Positions 1-13,448 of a stretch of DNA of 64,000 nucleotides are shown here, piece after piece. The notes beneath the pieces were generated by a model, which saw only the letters and a list, made by a program, of their open reading frames with translations, was not told where the DNA came from and searched no databases. The position numbers and the translations under genes are program-made. Each line of letters begins with the position of its first letter. Positions within the stretch are counted from its first letter, which is position 1. Origin of the DNA: Narcine bancroftii. Its lineage: Eukaryota. The DNA is taken from NCBI RefSeq assembly GCF_036971445.1, contig NC_091471.1, positions 195,424,001 through 195,488,000 of the forward strand. Direction: 5' to 3'.

Positions 1-2052
1 TAAGGTATCTGGTTATAAAGTAAATTGAGATAGAAGTGAAATTATGCCCCTAATTTTAGGGGATTATACTCAGTGTCAACAAGATATTCAATTTAAATGG
101 CTGGTGAATGGAATAAAATATTTAGGGATCCAAGTAGATCTTAAGTTGGAGAATGTATATAAATTGAATTATGTACTGTTACTTGAGAAAATTGGTGATG
201 ATATGCATGTGGAAATTATTACCAATATATTATTGGGTAGGGTTAATTGTGTTAAAATGAATATATTTCCTAAAATACAATACCTATTTAAAATATTACC
301 AATAAGGATACCATAAATGTTTTTTTTCCCCTCTCTGATAAAATAAATAAATAAATTGGAACTTTTCTTTGGAGGGTAAGATGTTGAGAGTTTCTCTGGA
401 TAAATTGACATGGAAATTTGAGTTAGGAGGGTAAATATTACCAAATGTTAAAGATTATTTTAGAGCAGGTCAATTGAGATTTTGACCTCTATTTTTGATG
501 AGGAAGAAAAACCAGCATGGATTAAAATTGAAATTGATAAAATAGGAGAGAGGAAACCAGAAGATTTTATATATAAATGGGAATCAAAATTATTGTCTGG
601 GGAGAGGGAAGCCCCCTTGTTAAAATGTTTGAATAATATATGTAATAAGGCAAATAACAAGAGAGGAATGAGGACTGCCCCCCTCCCTGACTAAGATGTC
701 TTTGATTCAAAATCAACTTATTCCATTTTCAATGGATAATCAATTTTTAAATAGTTGGTCTTGGAAAGGAATTAGATGTATAGAAGATTGTTATGAAGGA
801 AGGAATTTAATGTAATTTGAACAACTAAATAATAAATATGGGATACAAAATAATACACTATTTTGTTATTATCAAATGTGGGCTTATTTAAGAGATAAAT
901 TAGGTCTGACAATGCTATTACTGAATTGTGGTGATGTAGAAATGTTGATATGTAGTAGAATATATTATACATTTATTTCAGCTACATTTAATTTATTGGA
1001 GAAAGGGACTTTTAAATATGAGATATTTATTTCAGGACAACAGTGGGGAACAGACCTAAATACTAATACTGATTAAATAAATTGGTCAAATTTGTGTCAG
1101 GATAGTATGAATGTTAGATATGATATGATACCCAACCCCATCCAACCAATTTTCCCTTGCAACCGCTGCAATCGTGTCTGCCTGTCCCGCATCGGACTTG
1201 TCAGCCACAAACGAGCCTGCAGCTGACGTGGACTTTTTACCCCCTCCATAAATCTTCGTCCGCGAGGCCAAGCCAAAGAAGAAGAGATATGGATTAGTTC
1301 AATATAATTTTTTACACCCACTATACACAAAAGTTAAATAGATTGAAGTTGGATTTATCACATCAATGTTTTAGATGTGGTCAGGAGATCGGTACTTTAT
1401 TACATTCAACTTGGTCTTGCCCTAAAGTGAAATCTTTTTGGTCAAATTTGGTGAGTTATTTATAACAAGTTACAGAAATCAAATTTCCACAAAATCCAAT
1501 GTTATTTTTATTAAATAATGAAATAAATAATTGAAAATATCTATATATCAAAAAGAGCTTTTAAAGATTGCTTTATACAAGAAAATGTATAGCAATAACA
1601 TGGAAATCAAATACCCACCTGGGATTGGAATGGTGGAACATGGAGATGCATAGCTGCATTCCTTTGGAGAAGATTATTTACAATTTGAGATATGTATAAT
1701 ATATTTTAGAAAATTTGGTGCCTGTATCTATAAATTGAGTGAATTAATTTATAAATCTTTTCCTTAAGCTTTGATCCTCATTGACCTCCTTTTGGTGTAT
1801 ACAAAGATTTAAATAATTGATGCCTTGTGAGAGGGGCCCTCCAGCAGCCAGGTTGCTATTCTATTTCTTACTTTTCTTTTATGCTATTTCTATTTCCTTT
1901 TCTTTGCTATTGGGATTTATTTAGTGGGGGTTGAGGGGTTGGGGTTTATGCCATCAAGTAATGGATTTGATATTGATACGTCATTACTACGTATTTTATA
2001 TCTGGTTATAATTACATGTATGTAAAACTTTTAAATAAAATTTATAAAAAAG
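1..2052 (+). mobile_element. L1-clade LINE, decayed 3' part of ORF2 plus 3' UTR (runs off the window start)
   Basis: IKYLGI and GRVNCVKMNIFPKIQYLF (post-RT L1 motifs); C-terminal CFRCGQEIGTLLHSTWSCPKVKSFW zinc-knuckle near 1367-1441; AATAAA and A-rich tail near 2034-2052; many stops and frameshifts. Confidence 0.85.
1130..1284 (+). mobile_element. RTE-clade LINE, ~155-bp 3' fragment inserted into the L1
   Basis: Near-identical to the 3' ends of the RTE copies at 2571 and 24163, in the opposite orientation; (GAA)n tail; AGATATG duplicated at 1116-1122 and 1285-1291. Confidence 0.9.
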
Positions 2053-2054
2053 AA

Positions 2055-2235
2055 ATAAGCTGATGGTGAAAGTGGTAGAGGCAGGTAAATGTGTAACATT
2101 TAAAATACATTTAGACAGTATCATGCATTAGAATATGGGCAGAATGTGGGCAAATTTGACCAACTTGGGCAGACAACTTGTTTGGCATGGACAAGTTAGG
2201 CCAAAGAGCCTGTTTCCATCCTTTAACACTCTGTG
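2055..2235 (+). mobile_element. CR1 LINE 3' end remnant
   Basis: gtggtagaggcagg...tttaaaatacatttagacag resembles the 3' end of the CR1 copies at 9145 and 40950. Confidence 0.55.
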
Positions 2236-2263
2236 TCTTTAAACCTGTGCTTTTTCTCTTCAG

Positions 2264-2321
2264 GTGAACGGAGAATATCATACAAAGCATTACAGGGGGC
2301 TCTCATGATCTTCTTCTATAG
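2264..2321 (+). CDS. TDO2: Tryptophan 2,3-dioxygenase, internal exon (58 nt): [20 protein letters not shown]
   Basis: Polypyrimidine tract plus CAG acceptor and GTTAGT donor; peptide matches vertebrate TDO2 [20 protein letters not shown]; phase fits the next exon. Confidence 0.96.
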
Positions 2322-2570
2322 GTTAGTAAAGTTTTTTAAAAAGGGAAAGGAGATGAATGGTACAGGTAAACCAGCAAATTACTACAACCTCTTATTAAAT
2401 CAAGCCCAGTTCATTTTGCAAGGATTGATTCCTTGCTGATGTACTTCCAGCAGGCACTGGATGGAAAATTCTTGGTGATATGGCTACAATTCCCTCTACA
2501 TTCTTCCTGTAAGTGCTACTCTACCAGGGTTTGGTCATTGGAACATCCAAAACAAATGCTGACTACAACA

Positions 2571-3487
2571 TTCTTTGGCTTGGCTTCACGGATGAAGATT
2601 TATGGAGGGGGTAAATGTCCACATCAGCTGCAGGCTCGTTTGTGGCTGACAAGTCCGATGCGGGACAGGCAGACACGGTTGCAGCGGTTGCAGGGGAAAA
2701 TTGGTTGGTTGGGGTTGGGTGTTGGGTTTTTCCTCCTTTGCCTTTTGTCAGTGAGGTGGGCTCTGCGGTCTTCTTCAAAGGAGGTTGCTGCCCGCCAAAC
2801 TGTGAGGCGCCAAGATGCACGGTTTGAGGCGATATCAGCCCACTGGCGGTGGTCAATGTGGCAGGCACCAAGAGATTTCTTTAGGCAGTCCTTGTACCTT
2901 TTCTTTGGTGCACCTCTGTCACGGTGGCCAGTGGAGAGCTCGCCATATAACACGATCTTGGGAAGGCGATGGTCCTCCATTCTGGAGACGTGACCCACCC
3001 AGCGCAGCTGGATCTTCAGCAGCATGGACTCTATGCTGTCGACCTCTGCCATCTCGAGTACTTCGACGTTAGGGATGAAAGTGCTCCAATGAATGTTGAG
3101 GATAGAGCGGAGACAACGCTGGTGGAAGCGTTCTAGGAGCCGTAGGTGATGCCAGTAGAGGACCCATGATTCGGAGCCGAACAGGAGTGTGGGTATGACA
3201 ACGGCTCTGTATACGCTTATCTTTGTGAGGTTTTTCAGTTGGTTGTTTTTCCAGACTCTTGTGTAGTCTTCCAAAGGCGCTATTTGCCTTGGCGAGTCTG
3301 TTGTCTATCTCGTTGTCGATCCTTGCATCTGATGAAATGGTGCAGCCGAGATAGGTAAACTGGTTGACCGTTTTGAGTTTTGTGTGCCCGATGGAGATGT
3401 GGGGGGGCTGGTAGTCATGCTGGGGAGCTGGCTGATGGAGGACCTCAGTTTTCTTCAGGCTGACTTCCAGGCCAAACATTTTAGCAA
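2571..3487 (-). mobile_element. RTE-clade LINE, 5'-truncated (~0.9 kb)
   Basis: FTYLGCTIS...EIDNRLAKANSAFGRL, LRWVGHVSRMEDHRLPK and C-terminal CNRCNRVCLSRIGLVSH; 2-bp deletion near 3260 relative to the copy at 24163. Confidence 0.93.
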
Positions 3488-3825
3488 TCACAGTACACAA
3501 GGTTTGCTGGTTACAGTATTTGTAATATGACTCCCAATATGAAATTAGAGGAGGTACAAAAAGGTAAAGGTTAAACTTTCTGAAAGTTTCTGATAATCAG
3601 CCATTGCCTAAGTGGAAATCTTATACGAAGTGGCCATATACCTTGTTTCTCCATCTTCCAGCACAGGTACAAAAGGAGATTTAGATTATCTGTCTGAAGC
3701 TTAGATAATTTAGAAAAATCCATTGTTTATGTATTTTAAAGGGAATGATTCCAGTGCAGACCATTGTCTCTACAATGTTCAACGATGTTGAGTTTTTTGG
3801 ATGGGGTTGATAATGAACCTGTCCT

Positions 3826-4130
3826 GTCATCCGCCAATACCCAGTGTAAAGACGATACCATGCCACTGCAACACTTTGAAAGGGCCTTCATAGGGGCACT
3901 GTAGGGGTGTTTCTTGCTGTCCTCTCCACACAAAGACATAGTCGGTGGACTTTAGGTCCGCAGGAATGTGGCAGGGTGGAGAGCTGTGTCTAGGGCACTG
4001 AAGTGTTGGTCAGGAGGGGGGGGCTGAAGTGAATGTCCACAGGTATGGTAAGTGGGAAAGCATACACCATCTTGGCGGATGAGACTAGTAGATCTTCCTT
4101 CATTGCTGTATACCTTACCCTTGAAAAGAT
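3826..4130 (-). mobile_element. Gypsy (CsRn1-like) integrase C-terminal remnant
   Basis: The minus strand reads KSTDYVFVWRGQQETPLQCPYEGPFKVLQ, homologous to 60500-60600 of the Gypsy in CTSO intron 1. Confidence 0.75.
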
Positions 4131-4445
4131 GAAACTTAATCCCAAAATGTTGAAACTGAGGACTGGGTGTGAGGCGGGGGTGGGGGTGTTATGGTGCGTG
4201 GTGGTGAGGGAATGTATCTATGAGGAAAGTAAATACAATTTGATGCTTTGCATTGTTCAACCAAAGAATCAACTGAAATATAGTGATGCAACCAAAGTCC
4301 TTGTGAGATGTAATTCTCAATCATTTTACAATAGTCGTGCAGATTGTTGCAGGGGGATGAAGACTCAATTTTTGCCCATTCATTTGCTACATGCCTTCAG
4401 AATCGTGAAGACTGAATTAAATTTAAAATTGAGATGAAATTGTAA

Positions 4446-4736
<291 letters not shown>

Positions 4737-5013
4737 TAGGTTAAAGGAGAACTATTTAAAAACACAGAGATGTTGAACGTTCTCCGCTGATTTTTGCAGC
4801 ATCCATTGGAGGTAAAGATATATAACCCACATTTCGAGCCTGAACCCTTTATCAATAAGCTTGAAGAAGGGCTCAGGTGCAAAACATTGGTAATACGTCT
4901 ATCTTTATCTCCTATGTACACTGCGAAACTGACTGAGTTCTTCCAGCATCTCTGTATTTTTACTAAAATCACAGCATTTGCAGACTTTTGTGTTTCACCT
5001 TTAAGGACAACTA

Positions 5014-5321
5014 TGTAGCATATACTATGGCAGCACTACAGAATAAAGAGACGTCTACACGGTGCAAGGATGAACCAGTAACTCACTTTATTATTTGAAT
5101 TCCTCGCGCTGCGCTCAGGGGAACACCCGCTTCCGGTGATGTGTGCACCGGCTTCTAGAAGTGACATCAACGCATCACAGCGTCACTCCTTAGCCAGTGA
5201 TGCGCCACCAGAAGCGGGGTGCCAACTGCGGGCTTCTCCTTGGGAGTGAAGGGGGACCCATGCCATTTTGAGTCAGACACTGGGACGGCGATTCTAACCG
5301 TGGGCCGCTCGGCTCGCTACA
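5014..5321 (-). mobile_element. Solo LTR related to the CsRn1-type Gypsy LTRs at 56079 and 60765
   Basis: TGTAGC...GCTACA termini; the minus strand has AATAAAGTGAGTTACTGGTTCA, shared with those LTRs; no clear TSD. Confidence 0.75.
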
Positions 5322-5829
5322 CCCACGTATTTTCTTGGCCTTCCATAATCCTCTTCCAAAGTGTAAAATTGACAGAACTCCCAGAATTCCAATCCCTCAT
5401 TTTTCTAGAGGACTTAACCGTCCTCAGTTTCATCATGCTTGCCTGATCTGTCTCTCAATTCCGGATATCTTTACTATGATATTATGCTAACTGCATCCCT
5501 CTGGAGATAGCTTGCTTCCTATAAATGGGTACTACACCATTTGTTACTTCTGATAAGTAGTCTCTCCGAGTAAACCTGTCCTTGCATTACTTGCACAGCT
5601 ACTTCTGGGGCCTATCATCAATTGGAGAATCCACACAAAATACAGTATATTCAATTAATTTTACTAGTTTGTATTTTTGACAATCAGTGACATTATCTGC
5701 TTGGATCTTTTGAATTGATCCCAATGCATTTATCTATGTGGTGTCCTTTGTCAGCCAGCATCCATAGGTTGCCCTGTGTAAGCTATGAAGAGCTTCTTTC
5801 TGCTTCAAGTTCAAAATCATTAGGCATGC

Positions 5830-6015
5830 TGAATGCAACGTTATTAAAGTGACAGTGGCCAGTGTTTGAATCCAGCACTGTCTGTGAGGAGTTTGTACAT
5901 TCTTCCTGTGGCGCGAGTTTTCTCCGGGTGCTCTGGTTTCCTCCCACACTCCAAAAATGTAGGCTGCATGAGTTTTGTGGGCCAGGAGGGCCTCCCACCA
6001 TGTTGTATTGTTAAA
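5830..6015 (+). mobile_element. V-SINE (HE1-like)
   Basis: Core ggagtttgtacattct...tttctccgggtgctctggtttcctcccac, which recurs at least five more times in the window. Confidence 0.75.
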
Positions 6016-6125
6016 ATTAACTCAATGACGTTAAGGAGGTCGGGATATGAGGATCATCTGGGGGAAAAGGCATGATCAGCTGTGAACTTGTTGAATATTA
6101 ATGCTTGCTCGAGAGATCATATAGT

Positions 6126-6316
6126 CCAGCCATTCTCAACCTTTCTCGGCTGAGGCTCCCCTTGGACTTTGCCCAATGTTTATGGGCCACAGGGAACTGT
6201 GAAGCTGTCAAGTTTTGATTTCTTCCTTACTTCTACCGAATAAACAAAAAACTCACAAAAAAAAATGTTTTGAGGTGAAAAGAAAACAAGGACCATAGGA
6301 CCCATTGAAAATGGCT
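6126..6316. mobile_element. Short TIR MITE (hAT-like)
   Basis: ccagccattctcaa ... ttgaaaatggct termini; relatives at 10537 and 38888. Confidence 0.6.
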
Positions 6317-7146
6317 AATAGTCTATTATTACTGATCTTCCTCTTGCTCTTTCACTTCTACCCAACCAGATATTTTAGCTAGACCTCAAAACCACTTTTC
6401 TAAAGTGGGTTATTTCAGTATTTATTTTCTTAACACTGGCAAAGTTGTATTGTACCTGTACTGTGAAGCCTGCTGCCAAGTTGCTTCTGTTTGTTATGCA
6501 TTTTACCCCCTCATTATATTATTTGATCCTTTGACCAAATAGACAAAAGTTTGTGAGAAATGAACATTAGATTGGGTGAAAAGAGAGACTGATTTTCTAA
6601 ACTCCAAAACCCTGCTTGAGATCAAATATACTCTTATTAGTTCAATCTCATGTTGAGAATCTTGCTATCACATCTTTTATTTGCTCTTGTTTGTGATAAA
6701 ATGTTCACTGAGAAAACATCGTGTCTTCTAAAGTTCATATGTTATTGTGATCTTGGTGCATTTTAAAAATGATCTGAAGTTCAGTAATTCTGCAACTTGC
6801 ATTTAAAAAAACCACTCTGATCAAATTTTCTGTTGGAGGGAGTTTACACTAGCAAAATCATGTCATCATTTGAAAACCACATAAATGTAATGTTTTCACA
6901 CTATATAATATATATATAAATATATAAAAATATATATAAAACTATATAAAATGAAGCAGAAACATCAAGTTGGTCAGATCATGAGAGGAGTTTCTTGGTA
7001 GTGCAGACTGAATAATTGGGAAATGCAAAACTCTCTCAACACATGATGAAAATAAAGGCATTTGACGTGCAAAGTTCATATAGTCAGTAGTAGTTTGGTA
7101 GTGGATAGTCACAGGAGTTGATTCCTTTAAACATGGAAACAGAATC

Positions 7147-8086
7147 AAACTTTAACTTATCTCTATTAACTTACCCAATCTTAACCCCCTTCTAATTCTA
7201 AGCGCACGTGTATATAATGTGTGTGTAAATTTAAGAAAAGTTCTTTGGTTCACAGTTCAATCTCTCTTCTCATTCTTCCAAGTTCACTGGTTGTAGGCAA
7301 TTCTTATACTGTGCACAGAATTCAAAATGCATAAAGTTCAACAGGCTTTGGTGCTAGAAAGGTAAATGTTTACCGCTCAGGAAGGTTCTTGTAGGGTTTG
7401 CAGAGAGAGAGAGATTTGTTGTTCCAGGATTTCCACAACTGAGGTACCACCATTAGTCACGTCAATGTCTTGCTGATGAAACTTACCCCATCAGGGTTCT
7501 CCAGCTGATAACCTCCTTCTTTCAGGCTACCACAGAGATCCTTCCTGTTCCTATCAGACAGATAGCACTTCCAGCCATACACCACTCTGGAGCTTTCTCT
7601 TTGCAACAAGCTTCTCCTGGCTTGCACTGTTCAGCGGCTTTCAATGTCACACACACACTCTGGCTGAGAGATCTTGTTTCATCTCTCCTCTCTCTCTCTC
7701 TCTCTCTCCCCCCAACTGAGACTCCTAGAAAACCCATGTGTCTCTCTCACTTGCAAAACCCCCCACCTTCTTCAGCAAACAACAGGAGTTATCCTTGGTC
7801 AAGCTGTTGTCTTAGGTAAACAAAACCAAGGAGTGACCTTCCTGTGAGCACTTTGTAGAAAGGTCAGAAGCCAAACAGCCAAAGTGTCTCCAGTCCAAAC
7901 AATAAGTCTATTCATTTTATGACATAATTTCAATTAGCACTTACTTGTGAAATGTGCATAGCATTCTCCATAGTTTTTGTAAAGTCACTGAATATGAATT
8001 CTTCAGTATTTCAAATAAGATCTGTTTTAAAATGTGTATGTATGTAACCTACTCTCATTTTACCAAATTCTCCCAATATTTATCTA
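7147..8086 (-). mobile_element. Truncated LTR of the family at 45402..46379
   Basis: Its reverse complement shares cgcttagaattagaagggggttaag and ttttaaaacagatcttatttgaaa with the 45402 LTR. Confidence 0.75.
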
Positions 8087-8362
8087 CTCCATTACAATGC
8101 CAATAGAAAGATTTCTGCAACAGGGCTTTTGTAATGTTAATTCCAATGTTGTGGGATTCTTGATTGTACTTTTCCATTGCATGCATAAATCACATTAGCA
8201 ACTGGTGAAATGCCCAAGTAACAATGTAGCTTCCCATACCATGACTTGCCAAAATAATTCACCTCACCACCAAGGGAAGAGCACAGGCTAACAGAGGCTT
8301 TTAGAACATCAATCAACAAACAATAATACCCACATTAGTGAGTGGGAAATATTTAAAGGTAA

Positions 8363-8629
<267 letters not shown>

Positions 8630-9144
8630 AGTCAAAATCAGGTCAATCTTTTGGATGGTATATAATTTAGAAAGTAGTAATGTTCATAGCCTTAAAAGCC
8701 TTTAATGCCTTTTAGTTAAAAAAAAGTCACTTGTACGGCATCGATCAAAACAGAAAGACTTCTGGAGTAGATTTTAAATTGTGTGCTATTGAAATGCGGG
8801 CAATAACAAATTGAGAGCTCATGTTACATTTTTCCTGATTTTTATTTCTGTTGATCATTGTATTGATCAGTGTAATCTATTCGTCTCGCATACAGCTCAA
8901 TAATGGTGGTTTTTGTAACAAGTTTCATGAATAGTCATGTAGCCCTATTTATATTATATATTATGTAGAATATGTAAAAATATCTTCTTTCCTTAATTGA
9001 TCTTAATATAAGGTTATATTTCAAAAATGATTAATTTAAAATAGCACTATTCTGAAAATTAATGGACAAGTTTAATTTTACCAATATATTGTAAATATGT
9101 AAATTTTATCAAAAGGTCTGTTTTGATGATCCTTGTTAATGCCA

Positions 9145-9702
9145 TTCAGAAGTAGAGCTGAGATGCTATGAAGTTGTATAGGACATTGTTGAGGCCAAAT
9201 TTGGAGTCTTGTGTACAGTTTTGGACACCCATCTACAGGAAAGATATCACTAAGATTGAAAGAGTTCAGAGAAAATTTACAAGATGTTGCCAGGTATTGA
9301 AGAGCTGGGTTATAGGGAAAGGCTAAATAGGTTAGGATTTTATTCCCTGTAGCATTGGAGAATGAGGGGAGATTTGATAGTGGTGTACAAAAATATAATG
9401 GGTATAGATTAGGCAAATGAAAGCATGCTTTTTCCACTGAGGTTGTGTGAGAGAAGAACTGGAGGACATGGGTTAAGAGCGAAATGTTTAAGGGTATATT
9501 AGAGGAAAATTCTTCACTCAGAGATTGATGAGACTGTAGAACGAGGTGCCAGTGAAAATAGAGGATGTGGATTCAATTTCAATATTTAAGGTAGGATAGA
9601 CACACGGATGGGAGGGCATGAAGTGCAATGGACCAGGTGGAATAAATCGGCAAGGACTCGATGGCCTATTTCTGTGCCATAGTGTTCTATGGTTCTATTC
9701 TA
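9145..9702 (+). mobile_element. CR1 LINE 3' fragment, decayed
   Basis: LYRTLLRPNLESCVQFW-type motif and TTCTAT-type tail. Confidence 0.85.
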
Positions 9703-10536
9703 GTCATCAGTCAACAAAAATTAAAATAATTAAGTAAATCTGAGGGCATCATAAGGTTTAATGATCATTGTTAAGCTGGACAACATAAAGCAACATTCAT
9801 GTAATATTTTGAAATACACTGATTTTTTTTATTTTTCAGGTGATATTAAAATACTGGCCTAATAATGATTAGCAGAGGCTTTGTCTGCTATTTTGCCACT
9901 CTGTTTTACAAACCACATCACCATGATACTTTTCGCCTTGTGGAGTAGTTCCTCTGGCTCCCCATTCTCATCACATCTATTTTATGAAGATCTGCTCTCA
10001 TTCAACCACTGTATCTTTCATTCTCACACCCAACCTACCTCAACGTCCAACCTTTCAGTGATGGTTACTCATTTAGTGAGTAGTCTCATTTTAATTTCCT
10101 TCTCCATTTGTCCTGGCTGTGTGCTATTTTGTTCACCAATAGGAATGCTAATTGCATCATTGTAAACAAAACTGATAAATGTTGAAGGCAATATAATATT
10201 TTGTAAATTGGTACTATAAACTAACAGAAATAAATTATTTTAAATCAATTAAAATATTTGTGTTTACTTTTAATATTTCGCTATGGTCATTATTTTCATA
10301 TCTATTCACAAATTTGGAGAACAAAGCAGTTACTTCTACAAACTAAACATTAAGTTTCTCATCAAGCCCAAAGATGCATTGTGCTGAAGGCATATTGAGT
10401 TTTTAAGTTGTCATTCTGTCCATCAAAAACTTGGAAAACATTTTCAGATAATCAAAAATCTGTTGAAAGTTCAGCAACCTGCAGCAATTATCTCTCTGTC
10501 TTCATAGATGCTGCATAACCTGATGAGTACCTACAT

Positions 10537-10675
10537 CAGCCATTCTCAATCTTTTTTTCAGCTATGGCCTCCCAGCATTCTGCTCAAAGTTTGTAGGCCC
10601 CCTTCCCTGTGAAACAGTCAAGTTTTGGTTTCTGCTGTATTTCTACTGACTATATAAAAAAACACAAAAAATATT
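10537..10675. mobile_element. Left part of a MITE (6126 family) interrupted by the ERV
   Basis: cagccattctcaa terminus and internal similarity to 6126..6270, ending exactly at the ERV LTR start. Confidence 0.6.
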
Positions 10676-11205
10676 TGTGAAATATGCTTGAAGATGATTA
10701 AACTCTCACCATTCTGTGAAAAGGGATGGAATGCAAAGAATGTAGATGAGAGCTTGAAAACAGACAATACTAGCTGGTAGGCCTCTTCTTATCAGGAGCC
10801 CCAAGGATGCAAGGATCTGGTTCAGGCTGGTACAGTGACCTAAGGTATTCTATAGTTAGTACTGCGCTTGCTTAATAGAGACATGAATATTAACTTAGAT
10901 GCCCCTAAGGAGGGAATGAACTAATTAACATAACATGCGATGTATGAAGAGGGAGGAACTGAGTGATACCTGTATTGATGGAAGGGAAAAGGAGAATGTT
11001 GTAATGTATTGGGATTCTGATTGAGAGAAGGTAATTGAAGGTGGGGTGATGTTGAGCATGGGACTGTATAAAAGAGTGATGATTCTGAACCTCCAGTGTG
11101 TCTCCAGACCATGGACACCCGTCTCTGCAGACTCGAAATAAAGCTGAACCTGTTCTCCAAGACTTTGTCTCCAGAGTAGTGATTGTGAACATTTTATATT
11201 TCACA
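10676..11205 (+). repeat. ERV 5' LTR (530 bp)
   Basis: TGTGAAATA...TATTTCACA inverted ends; TATAAAA near 11067 and AATAAA at 11137-11142; repeated at 17753 and 39436. Confidence 0.95.
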
Positions 11206-11209
11206 AGCT

Positions 11210-11227
11210 TGGGGGTTCATCCGGGAT
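11210..11227 (+). promoter_or_regulatory. Primer-binding site, tRNA-Pro
   Basis: TGGGGGTTCATCCGGGAT matches the canonical TGGGGGCTCGTCCGGGAT at 16/18 positions, 4 nt after the LTR. Confidence 0.9.
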
Positions 11228-11534
11228 CCTCAACTCCCACCGCTTGGTGACTGGCTACCAAAGAACGGAGAAGGTGCACCCCACTGATTTCAGTGGTCTC
11301 TGATTTCCTTGCTTGCCGTCAGCGGTTGGAGTGAGTGATATCCGGACAGGAGACTCTGGAGAACAGGACCTAGGGAAGCTCCGGTAGAGGGAGTGGAACA
11401 GAAGAAGGGACTCCAGTAGGAGGAGTGGTTCGGTCGAGTCAACTCTCGTGCACGAGACCCAGGTAAGAAAAATTGACTATTAAGTACTACTCGGGCGACC
11501 GGGATTCTGTCAGGAGTGAGTGATCTGACAGGGA

Positions 11535-13448
11535 TGTGGGTAATTAGAGTACCCGTGAGAAGAAGGGACTCCAGAGTGGGGGGTCCCGGGATTGACATTC
11601 TGCCCGATTGTCCATTAGGGCAGATGTTAGGATATTGGGGTCGGGGAAGGACCCAGGGAAAGACTAAGGAAACTATGATAAAGTTTTGTTATTACAAATG
11701 GCCTTAGACTCTGATTCTGGCGTCTTCGGTTTGGTGGCCCTGACTGGGATCAGATGAAGCTTGAATATGTCAGAAATTAGATTTATTCGTAAATGAAAGA
11801 AGCCCTCCAGACCTGGAGGAGTCAGATTATGCAGCGTGTTGGATCCGAGTGACCGAGTTGTTTAAGGTTGCTGTGAAAAAAATGAGGAGGCAGACGAAAT
11901 TGGGATCATTTGAAGCACCTGCCCCCGCCGTATGACAGTCAGAGGGGAGGGGAGGATCACCCGGATGCTGGTGATATCCCTCCCGGGGATCACCGATTGG
12001 TGAGGGTGCCCGTTGGAAGGGTAGAGGCCAGTGCCCCTGAGCTAGAGGAGGCAGGACAGAAGATCTTGGACAGACAAGGAAAAACATGAGCAAAAGAGAA
12101 ATAGACCTGTAAAAGGGTCGGGTCGGAGACCAAGGAATGTCTCTGGGGAGATTTCAGGGAACTCAGCAGTCCAGGACCGTGGTTGAATAAGAGTTAAGAG
12201 TGCAGGGAACTAGTCCGGTCAGGGACTGTTAGTGAATTTGTATGTATGTGTGTGCTCGGGGAGCTCAGGTTTTGGGAAGATACAACTATCTGGAGGTGGA
12301 AAATATAATCCAAAAGTTTCTGAGACATTAAATAAAACACTAGGGAGAGAAGGCTGGCCGTTGGGGGGTACTTGGGATGATGAATTCATTAAAGAGCTCA
12401 TTGGAAAGTGGCGTCTGTTAGCACAAGAAAGAAAAGAGATAGGCTTGCAGGTTGCCAAACTAATGCTGTAAAACTGGCAGAAGGGGAGGGACAGTAAACC
12501 TATGGATGTCCTCCAGAAAGAATGTGCACATAGAAAGGAGCAGGACAGGAAAAATCAGGAAGGAAAAAAAGCAAAGGGTAGGCAGGAGAAGCCTCCTGCA
12601 CAGGAGGATAAACAAAGACTACATAGTCAAATGGAAGTCCTAAGACTGATGGAGGAGGGAGAGACGAGTGACCCTGAGTACTCCTCGGGGACCCCCAAAG
12701 GACCACCACGAGCATATCATCTGCCTGTATCTAGACCCCTAGCCAGCAATACCCAAAGTTTTTCGGATCCTGTTAGTGCTCGAACCCAGAGCTATGATAA
12801 ATCATCCGGCCACTGTAACAAAGAAGCTAAGATTTAAAGTCTGTGGAAAATTCTAGAAGCTTTTAAAACACGTTTGTCTGCATTTGCACAGTTTAAAAAT
12901 TAAGCTGTTCTCAGTGAGGACAGAGCGAACTCAGCATAAAAACATATGATACCAGCCAGGCAAATTGGCAGGAAGCCCATAAGAAGAGATAACGCAGCCA
13001 GTTTGTGCAGAATACTACAGAGTAGAGAATGAAGACAGCCAGGAATACACTTAAAGGGGCCACACAAGATACCAATTTGTTTGCAGTTTAAAGTTGAGTA
13101 CATCCCCATGATAAAGATGTGATTTCTTAACTTAATGAGGCAGCAGATAAATTTTCTAAAGGGTTATCAGGATTGCGACCCCAAAGATTTAGTTCAACAT
13201 GAGTCCTCCTCAATGAGCCTTATACCTTTCATCCAGGAGATTAGACTCCACCGGAGGGACGCCTCTGATAGAGAAATTGAGTGATGGGAATGTTCCGGTT
13301 GTTATTATGTTGATGTACTTGAGTTTTGGCTAACCCCAGCAGGCAGGGTGTTACTATTTGTGGGAAAGTGGGACATTTCAAACAGGAATATCCCGAATTA
13401 GAGAGGGGAAGGGATGTTATCCCTCTGATGACTTTTGGGGAGGATTAA
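11535..13448 (+). pseudogene. gag: ERV gag, decayed (two MA-like segments, NC knuckle, no recognisable CA)
   Basis: LPDCPLGQMLGYW...MIKFCYYKW...WP*LGSDE...DYAACW near 11600-11845; WPLGGTWD near 12355; C..CGKVGHFKQE(Y)PELERGRDVIPLMTFGED* ending in TAA at 13446-13448. Confidence 0.8.

Noticed and set aside
2433-2993. Plus-strand ORFs recurring at 2433, 2815, 24172 and 24413
   Set aside because: They are antisense shadows of the GC-rich RTE coding region and recur only because the copies are nearly identical.
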